The position numbers were made by a program, and so were the translations under genes. Positions 17,894-29,434 of a stretch of DNA of 64,000 nt are shown here, one piece after another (position 1 is the stretch's first letter; each line of letters starts with the position of its first letter). Source of the DNA: Collinsella sp. GTDB taxonomy: Bacteria; Actinomycetota; Coriobacteriia; Coriobacteriales; Coriobacteriaceae. The DNA is taken from positions 432 through 64,431 of the forward strand of contig DBFOME010000039.1 of assembly GCA_048430645.1 (NCBI GenBank), in the 5' to 3' direction. A model generated the notes under the pieces. It searched no databases, was not told where the DNA came from, and was given only the letters and a program-made list of their open reading frames with translations.

Positions 17894-18904
17894 CTACGCG
17901 GTTTTGCCCTCAATGAGTTCAACGGGGAGCTTGATATTCGATTCGGGATTATCGCCGTTAATAAGAGCGATGATGGATTGCGCCGCGAGCTCTCCGATGC
18001 GATCGATATCTTGACGTACGGTTGTTAAGTCAGGCATAAACGTCATAGTTCGGCGAGCACCATCCGCGCCCACGACCTTAATATCGTCTGGAGCGCTCAA
18101 GCCGCGCTGCTTCATCACGTTGAGACAGATGGCCGCCATCGTATCGTCTCCCGCAAAGATGCCGTCAATATCGGGGTTCTCATCGAGGATCTTCGCAACG
18201 ACCGCGCCCTTTTCGTCGTCGGGCTTAACGAACTCAACCTCACGGACAAGCGCGGACAAACCGGCCTGCTCAACAACATCGAGGTAGGCATCGGTACGCT
18301 TATTGGCAGGCATGCGCATGCGGCTATTGCTGCGCAGGCACAGGATACGCCTGCAGCCGTCATCAATCAGACGGCGCGTGGCGAGCTCGCCAATGCCATA
18401 GCTGTCACTTGCAATCTGGACAGAGCCCTCGCCAAGATCGCAGTCGATGCCAACCAGGCTCAAGCCCATCTCGGCATATGCCTCGGCACCGATATTGAGG
18501 GAGTTGACGATGACGCCGTCGACCATATTGCGGCAGAGCATGTCAATATAGGAACGCTCAAGATCGGGTCGATTGGCGCTGTTGCACAGCAACATCTTAA
18601 AGCCGTTTTCCGCTAACGTGCGCTCGACCGCCTGCACAACCTGAGCATGGAACGGGCTGCTCACAAAGGGAACGATCATACCGATAAGATTCAGGCGACC
18701 GTTGAGCATGGCACGGGCGATATCGTTGGGCGTATAGTTGATGCGCTCCATCGCGGCATGGACCTTATCGCGGGTCTCTTGGCTAATATAGCCGCGATTA
18801 TTAAGCACGCGAGATACCGTAGTAGGCGAAACCCCCGCCACCGCTGCAACTTCCTTGATGCCAGGCTTAGCCGTATCCTTAGAACGAGCACTCTCGCGAG
18901 CCAT
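17894..18904 (-). CDS. scrR: LacI family transcriptional repressor (sucrose regulon)
   Basis: IKEVAAVAGVSPTTVSRVLNN HTH plus a periplasmic-binding-protein-like sugar-binding core. ATG at 18904. Confidence 0.8.
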   Translation of the reverse strand: MARESARSKDTAKPGIKEVAAVAGVSPTTVSRVLNNRGYISQETRDKVHAAMERINYTPNDIARAMLNGRLNLIGMIVPFVSSPFHAQVVQAVERTLAENGFKMLLCNSANRPDLERSYIDMLCRNMVDGVIVNSLNIGAEAYAEMGLSLVGIDCDLGEGSVQIASDSYGIGELATRRLIDDGCRRILCLRSNSRMRMPANKRTDAYLDVVEQAGLSALVREVEFVKPDDEKGAVVAKILDENPDIDGIFAGDDTMAAICLNVMKQRGLSAPDDIKVVGADGARRTMTFMPDLTTVRQDIDRIGELAAQSIIALINGDNPESNIKLPVELIEGKTA

Positions 18905-18923
18905 AGCACCCTCCCCCATCAAC

Positions 18924-18940
18924 ATGTCATACGTTTACAT
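18924..18940 (-). promoter_or_regulatory. Operator-like site upstream of scrR (possible autoregulation)
   Basis: ATGTCATACGTTTACAT matches the same TGTCAWWCGTTTNCA pattern. Confidence 0.45.
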
Positions 18941-19057
18941 ACGAACAAAGCATACCCCAACAACAGCGGGAAGACGGTAACAGCACAAGTAAGTAAACGA
19001 CTCATCCAAATAATTAGGAGAGTTCCGCCTAAAGGGTGACTCCAAAGGACCCCACAT

Positions 19058-19178
19058 GGCCGGTTTTGGGTTATTTTCCAAAACATCCCGCAGGACGCAA
19101 AGGGCTCCGCCGCGCGAAGCGCGCAGCGGAGCCCTTTGCATGTCCGAGGACGTTTTGGAAAGTAACCCAAGACGGCCC
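19058..19178. repeat. Nested-palindrome element, family 1, copy C (downstream of the glycyl-radical ORF)
   Basis: Outer arms GGCCGGTTTTGGGTTATTTTCCAAAAC / GTTTTGGAAAGTAACCCAAGACGGCC, with a few mismatches. Inner hairpin GCAAAGGGCTCCGC / GCGGAGCCCTTTGC. Junctions ATCCCGCAG and ATGTCCGAGGAC. Confidence 0.8.
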
Positions 19179-19204
19179 GGCGATCCTGCGGGAGTTAAAC
19201 CCCT

Positions 19205-19456
19205 TTAGAACTTGTCGTGGAAGGTACGCGCAATGACCTCGTCCTGCTGCTCCTTGGTGAGCGTGTGGAAGTTCACGGCGTAGCCGGAAACGCGGATGGT
19301 CAGCTGCGGGTACTTCTCGGGGTGAGCCTGAGCGTCGAGCAGCGTCTCACGGTTGAAGACGTTGATGTTCAGGTGGTGGCCACCCTTCTCGGCGTAAGCG
19401 TCGAGCATGTGGACCAGGTTATCGGCCTGAGTCTCGGAAACTTCAGAAACCTTCAT
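19205..19456 (-). CDS. Stand-alone glycyl-radical domain (GrcA-like; equivalent to the C-terminal ~75 residues of PflB)
   Basis: [79 protein letters not shown] carries the RVSGYAV glycyl-radical fingerprint. It has its own GAAGGAG SD before ATG 19456. Confidence 0.85.
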   Translation of the reverse strand: MKVSEVSETQADNLVHMLDAYAEKGGHHLNINVFNRETLLDAQAHPEKYPQLTIRVSGYAVNFHTLTKEQQDEVIARTFHDKF

Positions 19457-19541
19457 AATGTGTCTCCTTCGATCGATAGGCGCCGGCCGAAACCGGCGCA
19501 CTAATCAGTAATCGTTATTGTTAGTATAGCACTAACAATAG
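19457..19541 (-). other. 85-nt spacer splitting the PFL coding sequence
   Basis: Minus strand order: TAA, AT hairpin TATTGTTAGT-GCTAT-ACTAACAATA, GC hairpin GCGCCGG-TTTCGG-CCGGCGC, GAAGGAGA SD, then ATG. Confidence 0.8.
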
Positions 19542-21593
<2,052 letters not shown>

Positions 21594-21988
21594 TGTGTAA
21601 CCACGCTCCTAGTTACGTGTAATGCGGCGCTCTCTCACACCGCTGCTTATTGAATTCTTGAATGTTCGGCTTGCACTACCGGCTTCTTCCGTTCTTCACC
21701 ACACGCTGGTGCAGAGAAAACGTTTGTCCACCTTGGAACTACAACCCAAAACCCAAGATTTCACCCGTCTGAGAAGGATAACATAGCGACCCTCTCCATC
21801 TGGGCTGTTATATGTTTCTTTTTTTATATCATAAGGGCGTTTTTTACAAACCCGCAGGAAATGCGAGCGCGAACAACTACCGTTCACCGATTTGTATGTT
21901 ATTTTTCCTTGCCTTTGTACGACGTTCGCTCTAGCTGTTATGCCAGCTTTAGCAGGGTAAAGTGTCTCAGAGACCCTACAGAAACTGC

Positions 21989-22020
21989 AGGGCGGCCACG
22001 GGATCCCCCGTGGCCGCCCT
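21989..22020 (-). terminator. GC hairpin downstream of the KdgT-like permease
   Basis: AGGGCGGCCACGGG-ATC-CCCCGTGGCCGCCCT. No T tract. Confidence 0.45.
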
Positions 22021-22059
22021 GTGGCGTAGCTAGTTTTTAGCTTTGATTGCCGCTTGGCA

Positions 22060-23079
22060 TTAGGCGGCTGCGGCGGCCTTGTCGGTCGTTGCCTTGCTAT
22101 TGCCGTTGCCCTGGCCCTCAAAATGCTTGTAGCACCAGCTGGTGACCAGCGGGGTCAAAATAGCCGTCACGATTGCGCAGGCAGCAACCTGTGCCGTAGC
22201 CGTCGCGAGCACGGCGCCGCCGTACATGGCCCCGTTGACGCTTGCCATGGCAGCAGGCGTGGCCACATTGGCTCCGGCGCAGCTCGAAATGGCCGCACCT
22301 GCGACACCCGTACCACCCGTAAGCTTATCGACCGCGATGACGGGAATTGCAAAGACCACCGAGCAGATCACGCCGAGCAGAATACCGGGGAGACCGCCAT
22401 TAATGAGCTGGCCAAAGGTCATGGTCGAGCCCATGGCAAAGAAGACGAGCACGATGATGGCGGAAAGTGCCGGTGCCATCATCTTCTTAAAGCTGGGGAA
22501 CAGGTTACCCAGAATAATGCCGATGACGATCGGCAGAATGGCACCCACGAGCGACCAGCCGATCGGAGCCTGACCGGCAGCGCCGAGCACGATCATCGTG
22601 ACCGGAGGGCCGACAACGAGCGTGGTGATGGCGACGGCGCCACGCTCGGCCTCGTTGCCCATGGTGCCCATCAGACCAGCGTACATAGCGTTGTTGGCGC
22701 CGGTGCAAGCCGCCAGCATCACCATGGCAGAGATGCCAAACAGGTTGTCGTTGAACACATAAAGGATGAGCAGCGACACGGCAACGACCACGATCTGCTT
22801 GACAGCGATGATGATGGCGCCGCGTGCAGCGGCGGCGGGAGCACTCTTAAACGAAATCGTCGTACCGACGATGAGCAAAAAGGCGCCAACGAGCGGGCCT
22901 GCACCCTGCTGGGTCATGCCAAGCGTAAAGCTACCGAGCGTTTTAAACAGGTCGGGGAATAGCGTGTTGAGCAGGCAGCCCAACAGAAGCGGCACCAAGA
23001 TATTGGCGCCCGGGATGGAGGACATCTTAAAGAACGGCTCCTTTGCCGCCGGCGCCTCCACCGCAGTCGATTCACTCAT
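22060..23079 (-). CDS. kdgT: 2-keto-3-deoxygluconate permease family (KdgT-like) transporter
   Basis: Polytopic protein of 339 aa. The N-terminal block PGANILVPLLLGCLLNTLFP resembles KdgT family members (recognition from memory). AAAGGAG SD before ATG 23079. Confidence 0.65.
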   Translation of the reverse strand: MSESTAVEAPAAKEPFFKMSSIPGANILVPLLLGCLLNTLFPDLFKTLGSFTLGMTQQGAGPLVGAFLLIVGTTISFKSAPAAAARGAIIIAVKQIVVVAVSLLILYVFNDNLFGISAMVMLAACTGANNAMYAGLMGTMGNEAERGAVAITTLVVGPPVTMIVLGAAGQAPIGWSLVGAILPIVIGIILGNLFPSFKKMMAPALSAIIVLVFFAMGSTMTFGQLINGGLPGILLGVICSVVFAIPVIAVDKLTGGTGVAGAAISSCAGANVATPAAMASVNGAMYGGAVLATATAQVAACAIVTAILTPLVTSWCYKHFEGQGNGNSKATTDKAAAAA

Positions 23080-23187
23080 ATATATCTCCTTTGGATGCAT
23101 GCGAATCGTAGCCGCACGCGCCTATGTCAGAAAGAAGGCGACAACCCCGAGTCGCCAGGGTCGCCGCCAAACGATCACCGCGGGGTA

Positions 23188-23937
23188 TTACCCGTCCAGG
23201 ACGATGCCGCCGTCGCAGTCACCAATCTCGCCGTTCACGAAGCTGGCGAGGTCGGAAGCGAAGAACAGCACCATCTGCGCAGGCTCGCTGGCCTGGGCGG
23301 CGCGGCCCAGAGGAATACCGTTGATGATGCGCTGAGAGTTCTCGTCAGAGAGAATCGAGGTCATATCGGTCAACGTGAGCGACGGGCACACAGCGTTGCA
23401 GCGAACGCCGAACCTACCGCCCTCCTTGGCGACTGCCTTGGTTAGACCGTTAACACCGGCCTTGGAGCTCGCGTAAGCCGCGGTGCCGAGCAGGCCGCCG
23501 CCGATCTTGCCAGCAACAGAGCTCACGTTGACGATAGTGCCGGCATGGGCAGCCTTAAAGTGCGGGTACACGGCGTTCATCATGGTAAAGGTGCCGTTGA
23601 GGTTGATGTCGATGGTACGGCGCCACTCGGTGTCGTCGATCTCGTCGAACTTCTTGGTGCTGATGACGCCAGCGCAGTTGATCAGGATATTGGTTTGCGG
23701 CAGGTCTGCGAAAATCTGTTCGACGGTCTCGCGCGCCTTGGGCGCATCAGCGACATCGAGCTGATAAAACTTGTTGCCCTCGCCAAGCTCGGCCACAGCG
23801 GCCTCGCCCTTAGCAGCGTTCCTTGCGATGAGCGCGACATGTCCGCCGCCCGCGACGATGCCCTTGGCGATCTCGAGGCCAATGCCCTGAGTGCCGCCCG
23901 TGACAATCGCGGTCTTGCCCGTGAAGTCAAATGCCAT
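23188..23937 (-). CDS. SDR family oxidoreductase (KduD/gluconate 5-dehydrogenase-like)
   Basis: TGGTQGIG cofactor motif, NCAG, and the catalytic YASSK. Adjacent to the KdgT-like permease. Confidence 0.8.
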   Translation of the reverse strand: MAFDFTGKTAIVTGGTQGIGLEIAKGIVAGGGHVALIARNAAKGEAAVAELGEGNKFYQLDVADAPKARETVEQIFADLPQTNILINCAGVISTKKFDEIDDTEWRRTIDINLNGTFTMMNAVYPHFKAAHAGTIVNVSSVAGKIGGGLLGTAAYASSKAGVNGLTKAVAKEGGRFGVRCNAVCPSLTLTDMTSILSDENSQRIINGIPLGRAAQASEPAQMVLFFASDLASFVNGEIGDCDGGIVLDG

Positions 23938-24150
23938 GACTCCATCCCCCTTTATGTAAGGTGTCTCCTTGCGGGAAGTTGGAGCATCGCACGTGGCGAT
24001 TATATGAGTCCCAGTCGTCATGGTGGTGACAACCCCTCGCCTAACCGCGGGCATGATAGTTCTTTGAAACGCTTTAGCAATTGAATGATTTTAAGTCTTA
24101 ATGAGCTCTTAATATTGCCTACTGTATGAGGCCCGCGTATGGGGGTATCA

Positions 24151-24197
24151 TCTTCCACCGAAAATAGTTTCTAGTGTTAGGGGTTTTCGGTGGAAGA
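24151..24197. promoter_or_regulatory. Perfect 14-bp inverted repeat spanning the MarR start codon
   Basis: TCTTCCACCGAAAA (24151-24164) and TTTTCGGTGGAAGA (24184-24197), 19 nt apart. The right arm contains GTG 24190. Confidence 0.5.
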
Positions 24198-24639
24198 TAC
24201 CGATTTCCATGAGCTTGGGCGTCAGCTCTTTACCGAGTTTGGCAGCATGCACCAGCGCGTTTCGCGCTTTGCCGACCAGGCTCTGGGTGGCGAGATGGCC
24301 GTCATGCGCGCCCTCATGCGCGCCGGCGGCTCGCTCACGCCGAGCGAACTCGCTGATCGCGCCTGGGTCTCGAGCGCCCGCATCGCCAATATCCTGCGCG
24401 CCCTCGAGGCCAAGGGCTGGGTCGAGCGCGAGCACTCAAAGACCGACCGTCGTCGCGTACACGTCACGGTGACCGACAAAGGATTCCAGGTTATCGAAAT
24501 CAAACGCCGGGAATTCGAGGACCGCACCGCGGCCTTCCTCGAGCAGCTCGGCGAAACAGATACCCAGGAGATGGTGCGCCTTCTAAGACGTGCCAACGAA
24601 ATTATCGACCGCAATCAAGAAAGGAGAGATGCCAAGTGA
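24190..24639 (+). CDS. MarR family transcriptional regulator
   Basis: The winged-HTH pattern LTPSELADRAWVSSARIANILRALEAKGWVEREHSKTDRRRVHVTVTDKG is typical of MarR. GTG start. The stop overlaps the next gene (GTGA). Confidence 0.8.
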   Translation: MEDTDFHELGRQLFTEFGSMHQRVSRFADQALGGEMAVMRALMRAGGSLTPSELADRAWVSSARIANILRALEAKGWVEREHSKTDRRRVHVTVTDKGFQVIEIKRREFEDRTAAFLEQLGETDTQEMVRLLRRANEIIDRNQERRDAK

Positions 24640-27002
24640 GGATTCTCAAGCTCTTTAAAAAACATATCCTGGCACTGTTCGCAGCTATCGTACTTATCGT
24701 AATCAGCTGCAACGCCGATCTGGCGCTGCCTACCTATATGAGCGACATCGTCGACGTGGGTGTACAGCAAGGCGGCATCGCGTCGCCCGTGCCCGACACC
24801 ATCCGCGCCGAATCGCTCGACGACCTCGAACTCTTCATGAGCTCCAAGGACGCCAAAGCTGTGGAGGCTGTGTTTGGCAAGGCGGACAATAACGGCATTC
24901 GAACGTACAAGGGCACCGAGGAGGAGCGCGCCGACGGCGGCAAGATTGCCGACATCATGAGCCTCCCCGAGACTGTCGTCCTTTCGTTCAACCAGGGCAT
25001 CGATGCCAACTCCATGGGCGACATGACCGGCGCATCTACCGAGGCAAGCGATGGCGGCGCCCAGGCCATGCCCACGCCCGAGCAGATGGCGGCGATGACG
25101 CCCGAGCAACTCGCCGAGATGCAGCAGAAGGCCGCAGCGGCGCAGAACATGCAAAAGCAGATCGACGCCGACGGCGGCAAGATCACCATGAAGAGCCTGC
25201 GCCTGGGCGTTGAAGGCGGCCTAATCGACCAGGGCAAGCTCGTCGAGGGCGCCAACGATATGGCAGACAAAATGGGCTCCATGTCGGGCTCCATCGTGAC
25301 CCAGCGCGCCGTGAGCTATGTACAGGACGAGTACAAGGCGCAGGGCATCGACCCCGCCGACGTGCAGAACGCCTACCTGAGCCGCATGGCGGCCACGATG
25401 TTTGGGCTGTGCCTGGTGTCGCTCGTCGCCACTATCCTGACCGGTGCCGTGGCTTCGCGCACCGCCTGCTCCATCGCCCGCGACCTGCGCCGCGAGACCT
25501 TCAACAAGGTTATGCACTTCTCGCCGGCCGAGGTGGGCAAGTTTAGCCAGGCCTCGCTCATCACCCGCTGCACCAACGACATTCAGCAGATCCAGATGGC
25601 CGCAACCCTGTTTATCCGCATGTGCCTGATGGCCCCCGTCATGGGCATCGTCGCCGTCATGCGTGTCCTGGCCAACCACACCGGCCTGGAGTGGACTATC
25701 GCCGTGGCCATCATCGCGGTCTCGGCCGTCGTCGGCGTGCTCATGGGCCTCACCATGCCCAAGTTCAAAAAGATGCAGAGCTTTGTGGACCGTGTGAACC
25801 TTACCGCTCGCGAGCTGCTCGACGGCCTTATGCCTATCCGTTCGTTCAACCGCGAAGAGCATGAGCTCGAGCGTTTTGACAAGGCTTCGCTCGACCTAAT
25901 GACCACGCAGCTCTACACTAACCGAGCCATGAGCTTTATGATGCCGCTCATGATGCTTGTCATGAACTGCATCACCGTGCTTATCGTCTGGTTTGGCGCG
26001 CAGGGCGTGTCCGACGGCGTGATGCAGGTCGGCAACATGATGGCGTTTATCTCCTACACCATGCAGATCGTCATGGCGTTTATGATCCTCACCATGGTTT
26101 CGGTCATCCTGCCCCGCGCCGAGGTCGCAGCCGAGCGCGTGGAAGAGGTCATCACCTGCCCCACGAGCATCAACGACCCCACCTCACCCAAACTGCCCGC
26201 TGCCAGCGCGCCGCGCGGCGAGCTCACCTTCCGTGACGTGAGTTTCCAGTATCCCGATGCCCGCGCCGACGTCATTAGCGGTGTGAACTTCACCACGCAT
26301 GCCGGTCAGATGCTCGGCATCATTGGCTCCACGGGCTCGGGCAAGTCCACGCTCGTACAGCTGATTCCGCGCCTGTACGACGTCACGGGCGGCAGCATTT
26401 CGCTCGACGGCATCGACGTGCGCGACATGACCCTTTCCGAGCTGCGCCGCCGCATTGGTTACATCCCGCAGCAGGGGCGTCTGTTCTCGGGCACCGTCGA
26501 GAGCAACCTCAAGTTTGCCGGCGACATGGTGAGCGATGATGACATGCGCCAGGCCGCGCGCATCGCACAGGCCGAGGACTTTATCGCCGAGCGTGAGGGC
26601 GGTTACGACTCCCCCATCAGCCAGGGCGGCTCCAATGTTTCGGGTGGTCAGCGCCAGCGTCTGGCCATCGCCCGCGCATTGGCCAAAAAGCCCGAGGTCG
26701 TGGTGTTCGATGACTCGTTTAGTGCCCTCGACTACAAGACCGACGCGCGCCTGCGCGAGGAGCTGGCCAAAAACGTTACCGACGCCGCACTCGTGGTCGT
26801 GGCCCAGCGCATCGCGACCATCATGCACGCCGACCAGATCATCGTGCTCGACGACGGCCACGTAGTGGGCACCGGCACGCACGAGGAGCTGCTGCGCAGC
26901 TGCCCGGCGTACCTGGAGATCGCACAGTCGCAGCTTTCCGCCGAGGAGCTGGGGCTTACCCAAGAAGAAATTGCAGCCGTCATGGAAGGAGGCGAGCGCT
27001 AA
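24636..27002 (+). CDS. ABC exporter fused permease/ATPase with a large extracytoplasmic insertion
   Basis: Walker A GSTGSGKST, signature VSGGQRQR and a 6-TM exporter domain. About 220 aa lie between TM1 and TM2, which is unusual. Confidence 0.85.
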   Translation: MRILKLFKKHILALFAAIVLIVISCNADLALPTYMSDIVDVGVQQGGIASPVPDTIRAESLDDLELFMSSKDAKAVEAVFGKADNNGIRTYKGTEEERADGGKIADIMSLPETVVLSFNQGIDANSMGDMTGASTEASDGGAQAMPTPEQMAAMTPEQLAEMQQKAAAAQNMQKQIDADGGKITMKSLRLGVEGGLIDQGKLVEGANDMADKMGSMSGSIVTQRAVSYVQDEYKAQGIDPADVQNAYLSRMAATMFGLCLVSLVATILTGAVASRTACSIARDLRRETFNKVMHFSPAEVGKFSQASLITRCTNDIQQIQMAATLFIRMCLMAPVMGIVAVMRVLANHTGLEWTIAVAIIAVSAVVGVLMGLTMPKFKKMQSFVDRVNLTARELLDGLMPIRSFNREEHELERFDKASLDLMTTQLYTNRAMSFMMPLMMLVMNCITVLIVWFGAQGVSDGVMQVGNMMAFISYTMQIVMAFMILTMVSVILPRAEVAAERVEEVITCPTSINDPTSPKLPAASAPRGELTFRDVSFQYPDARADVISGVNFTTHAGQMLGIIGSTGSGKSTLVQLIPRLYDVTGGSISLDGIDVRDMTLSELRRRIGYIPQQGRLFSGTVESNLKFAGDMVSDDDMRQAARIAQAEDFIAEREGGYDSPISQGGSNVSGGQRQRLAIARALAKKPEVVVFDDSFSALDYKTDARLREELAKNVTDAALVVVAQRIATIMHADQIIVLDDGHVVGTGTHEELLRSCPAYLEIAQSQLSAEELGLTQEEIAAVMEGGER

Positions 27003-28858
27003 TGGCAGACGAGACCAAGACTCAGATTCCCAAGCCCACCCGCCAGCGTGGTCCCATGGGCCGCATGGGTGGCATGCGTCGCGGCGAAAAGGCCAAGGAC
27101 TTTAAGGGCACCATGAGGCAGCTGCTCGGCTATATCGGCCAGCACAAGATTGCCGTGTTTGCCGCCGTCGCCTTTGCCGTGTGCTCGGTCATCTTTAACA
27201 TTGTGGGACCCAAGGTGCTCGGCCAGGTTACGACCAAGCTGTTCGAAGGCCTGGTCGCCAAGGTCAACGGCACCGGCGACGTTGACTTTGACTGGATCGC
27301 CAAGACGCTCGGCTTTTTGCTCTGCCTGTATCTGGCGAGCTCTATCTGCAGTCTAATCCAGGGCTGGCTCATGACCGGCGTCACGCAAAAGATCTGCTAC
27401 CGAATGCGCAAGGAGATCGCCGCCAAGATTGCCGTCGTGCCGATGAGCTACTTTAACGGACACAGCAAGGGCGACGTGCTCAGTCGCATCACCAACGACG
27501 TCGATACGCTCGGCCAGTCGCTCAACCAGAGCGTGACCCAGCTCATCACGTCGGTGACGCAGATTATCGGCGTGCTCGTCATGATGCTGTCGATCAGCCT
27601 GCCGCTCACCGGCGTCACCGTGCTCACGCTGCCGGCCGCTGCGATTATCCTGACCGTGATGATTCACTTCTCGCAGCCGTACTTCCGCGAGCAGCAGCAG
27701 GTTCTGGGCGCCGTCAACGGCATTATCGAGGAGGATTTTGCCGGCCAGAACGTCATTCAGGTGTTCGACCGCGCCGAGGCCTCGATCGAGGAATTCGACC
27801 GCCAAAACGACCGCCTCTTTATTAGTGGCTGGCGCTCGCAGTTCCTGTCGGGCCTGATGATGCCGCTCATGAGTTTGGTGGGCAACATGGGCTACGTGGG
27901 CGTCGTCGTGGTGGGCGCGCAACTCGCGCTGACCGGCAATGCCACGCCCGGCGACATCCAGAGCTTTATCCAGTACGTGCGCAACTTTACGCAGCCGGTG
28001 CAGCAGCTGGGCAACGTGAGCAACACGATGCAGTCGATGGCCGCTGCCACCGAGCGCGTCTTTGAGTTCCTGGCCGCGCCCGAGGAGGAGCAGAAGGCCG
28101 ACGCGCAGATTCCCGAGAAGCGCCCCGGCCACGTGGAGTTTGACCATGTCAAGTTTGGCTACACGCCCGACAAGACCATCATCCACGACTTTAGCTGCGA
28201 GGCGCAGCCCGGCCAGACCATCGCCATCGTCGGTCCTACTGGCGCCGGCAAGACCACGCTCATTAAGCTGCTGCAGCGCTTCTACGATGTGGACGGCGGT
28301 TCGCTGCGCGTCGAGGGTGTCGACGTGCGCGACTGGGACCGCGCGGCGCTGCGCGGCGAGTTTGCCATGGTGCTGCAGGATACCTGGCTGTTTAACGGCA
28401 CGATCCGCGAGAACATCCGCTACGGACGCCCCGATGCGAGCGATGCCGAGGTCGAGGCCGCTGCACGCGCCGCACGCTGCGATCACTTTATCCATACGCT
28501 CGCCGGCGGCTACGACTTTATGATCAACGAGGAGGGCACCAATCTGTCGCAGGGCCAGCGCCAGCTCGTGACCATCGCCCGTGCCATTTTGGCCGACCGC
28601 CCGGCGCTGATTCTGGACGAGGCGACCTCCAACGTTGACACTCGCACCGAGGAGCTCATCCAGCGTGCCATGGATGCGCTAATGCAAGGCCGTACCAGCT
28701 TTGTTATCGCGCACCGCCTGTCCACGATCCGCAACGCCGACGTGATCCTAGTAATCCGCGACGGCGACATCGTCGAGAAGGGCACGCACGACGAGCTGCT
28801 CGCCCAGGGCGGCTTCTACGCCGACCTGTACAACTCGCAGTTCGACGAAGCGGCGTAA
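27002..28858 (+). CDS. ABC exporter fused permease/ATPase (heterodimer partner)
   Basis: Walker A GPTGAGKTT and signature LSQGQRQL. TAATG overlap with the upstream gene. Confidence 0.85.
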   Translation: MADETKTQIPKPTRQRGPMGRMGGMRRGEKAKDFKGTMRQLLGYIGQHKIAVFAAVAFAVCSVIFNIVGPKVLGQVTTKLFEGLVAKVNGTGDVDFDWIAKTLGFLLCLYLASSICSLIQGWLMTGVTQKICYRMRKEIAAKIAVVPMSYFNGHSKGDVLSRITNDVDTLGQSLNQSVTQLITSVTQIIGVLVMMLSISLPLTGVTVLTLPAAAIILTVMIHFSQPYFREQQQVLGAVNGIIEEDFAGQNVIQVFDRAEASIEEFDRQNDRLFISGWRSQFLSGLMMPLMSLVGNMGYVGVVVVGAQLALTGNATPGDIQSFIQYVRNFTQPVQQLGNVSNTMQSMAAATERVFEFLAAPEEEQKADAQIPEKRPGHVEFDHVKFGYTPDKTIIHDFSCEAQPGQTIAIVGPTGAGKTTLIKLLQRFYDVDGGSLRVEGVDVRDWDRAALRGEFAMVLQDTWLFNGTIRENIRYGRPDASDAEVEAAARAARCDHFIHTLAGGYDFMINEEGTNLSQGQRQLVTIARAILADRPALILDEATSNVDTRTEELIQRAMDALMQGRTSFVIAHRLSTIRNADVILVIRDGDIVEKGTHDELLAQGGFYADLYNSQFDEAA

Positions 28859-28892
28859 ATTCGACCGCAGGGAATGGATAGTTCCCGAGAGC

Positions 28893-28925
28893 GGGGGCGC
28901 AGGACAACCTGCGCCCCCGTTTTTG
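28893..28925 (+). terminator. Rho-independent terminator of the ABC operon
   Basis: GGGGGCGCAGG-ACAA-CCTGCGCCCCC followed by GTTTTTG. Confidence 0.8.
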
Positions 28926-28985
28926 CTCTGCGACCCTCAAACCGTCTCCCCTGGGACCTGATTGGCAGCCCCTTCGAGGCCCCGT

Positions 28986-29211
28986 GGGCAAAAAAGGCAA
29001 ATATGAGTACTGTTACCTTTTTAGTAACAGCCAAAACAGCCCCAAATGCCGTTTTCACGGCTTACACGCGCCCCTAAATTGATCAAACAGCCCTATAGCG
29101 GACTTATATGTGTTTGCGTTAATGAACATATTTTGCTGTTATGTCTATTATTTTGCGAAGGCAATATGATACTAGGTTAGCAACCGTACTCATATTTGGC
29201 ATTTTTTGCCC
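28986..29211. mobile_element. MITE-like element: ~25-bp terminal inverted repeats flanking ~175 nt of AT-rich non-coding sequence
   Basis: GGGCAAAAAAGGCAAATATGAGTAC (28986-29010) versus GTACTCATATTTGGCATTTTTTGCCC (29186-29211), 1 mismatch. No ORF inside. Confidence 0.45.
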
Positions 29212-29353
29212 ACAGGGTGTTTCCTGAGGAAGCAACAACAGCCTTAGGCTCTCGCGCGACGCCACTCCCTCCCGGCATTCACCGACGTTTCCCCAGATAA
29301 AACCTGCCAAAATAAACCTGTCCCTTTTTGATAGGTTTTGGGGTGACGAGGGC

Positions 29354-29382
29354 TTGCACTTTAGCGTGCGACAGCGGATAAT
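29354..29382 (+). promoter_or_regulatory. Candidate sigma-70-type promoter for the DAHP synthase gene
   Basis: TTGCAC-N17-GATAAT, about 50 nt upstream of ATG 29435. Confidence 0.4.
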
Positions 29383-29434
29383 GCCGTGCGTTCGACAATT
29401 CACGCTTTGACCTATTTGATTGAGGAGGCCCCGC

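Noticed and set aside
21696-22121. 141-aa ORF in the AT-rich pflB upstream region.
   Set aside because: It spans the kdgT terminator hairpin and the 3-prime end of kdgT. It has atypical composition and no SD. It is more likely a regulatory region.
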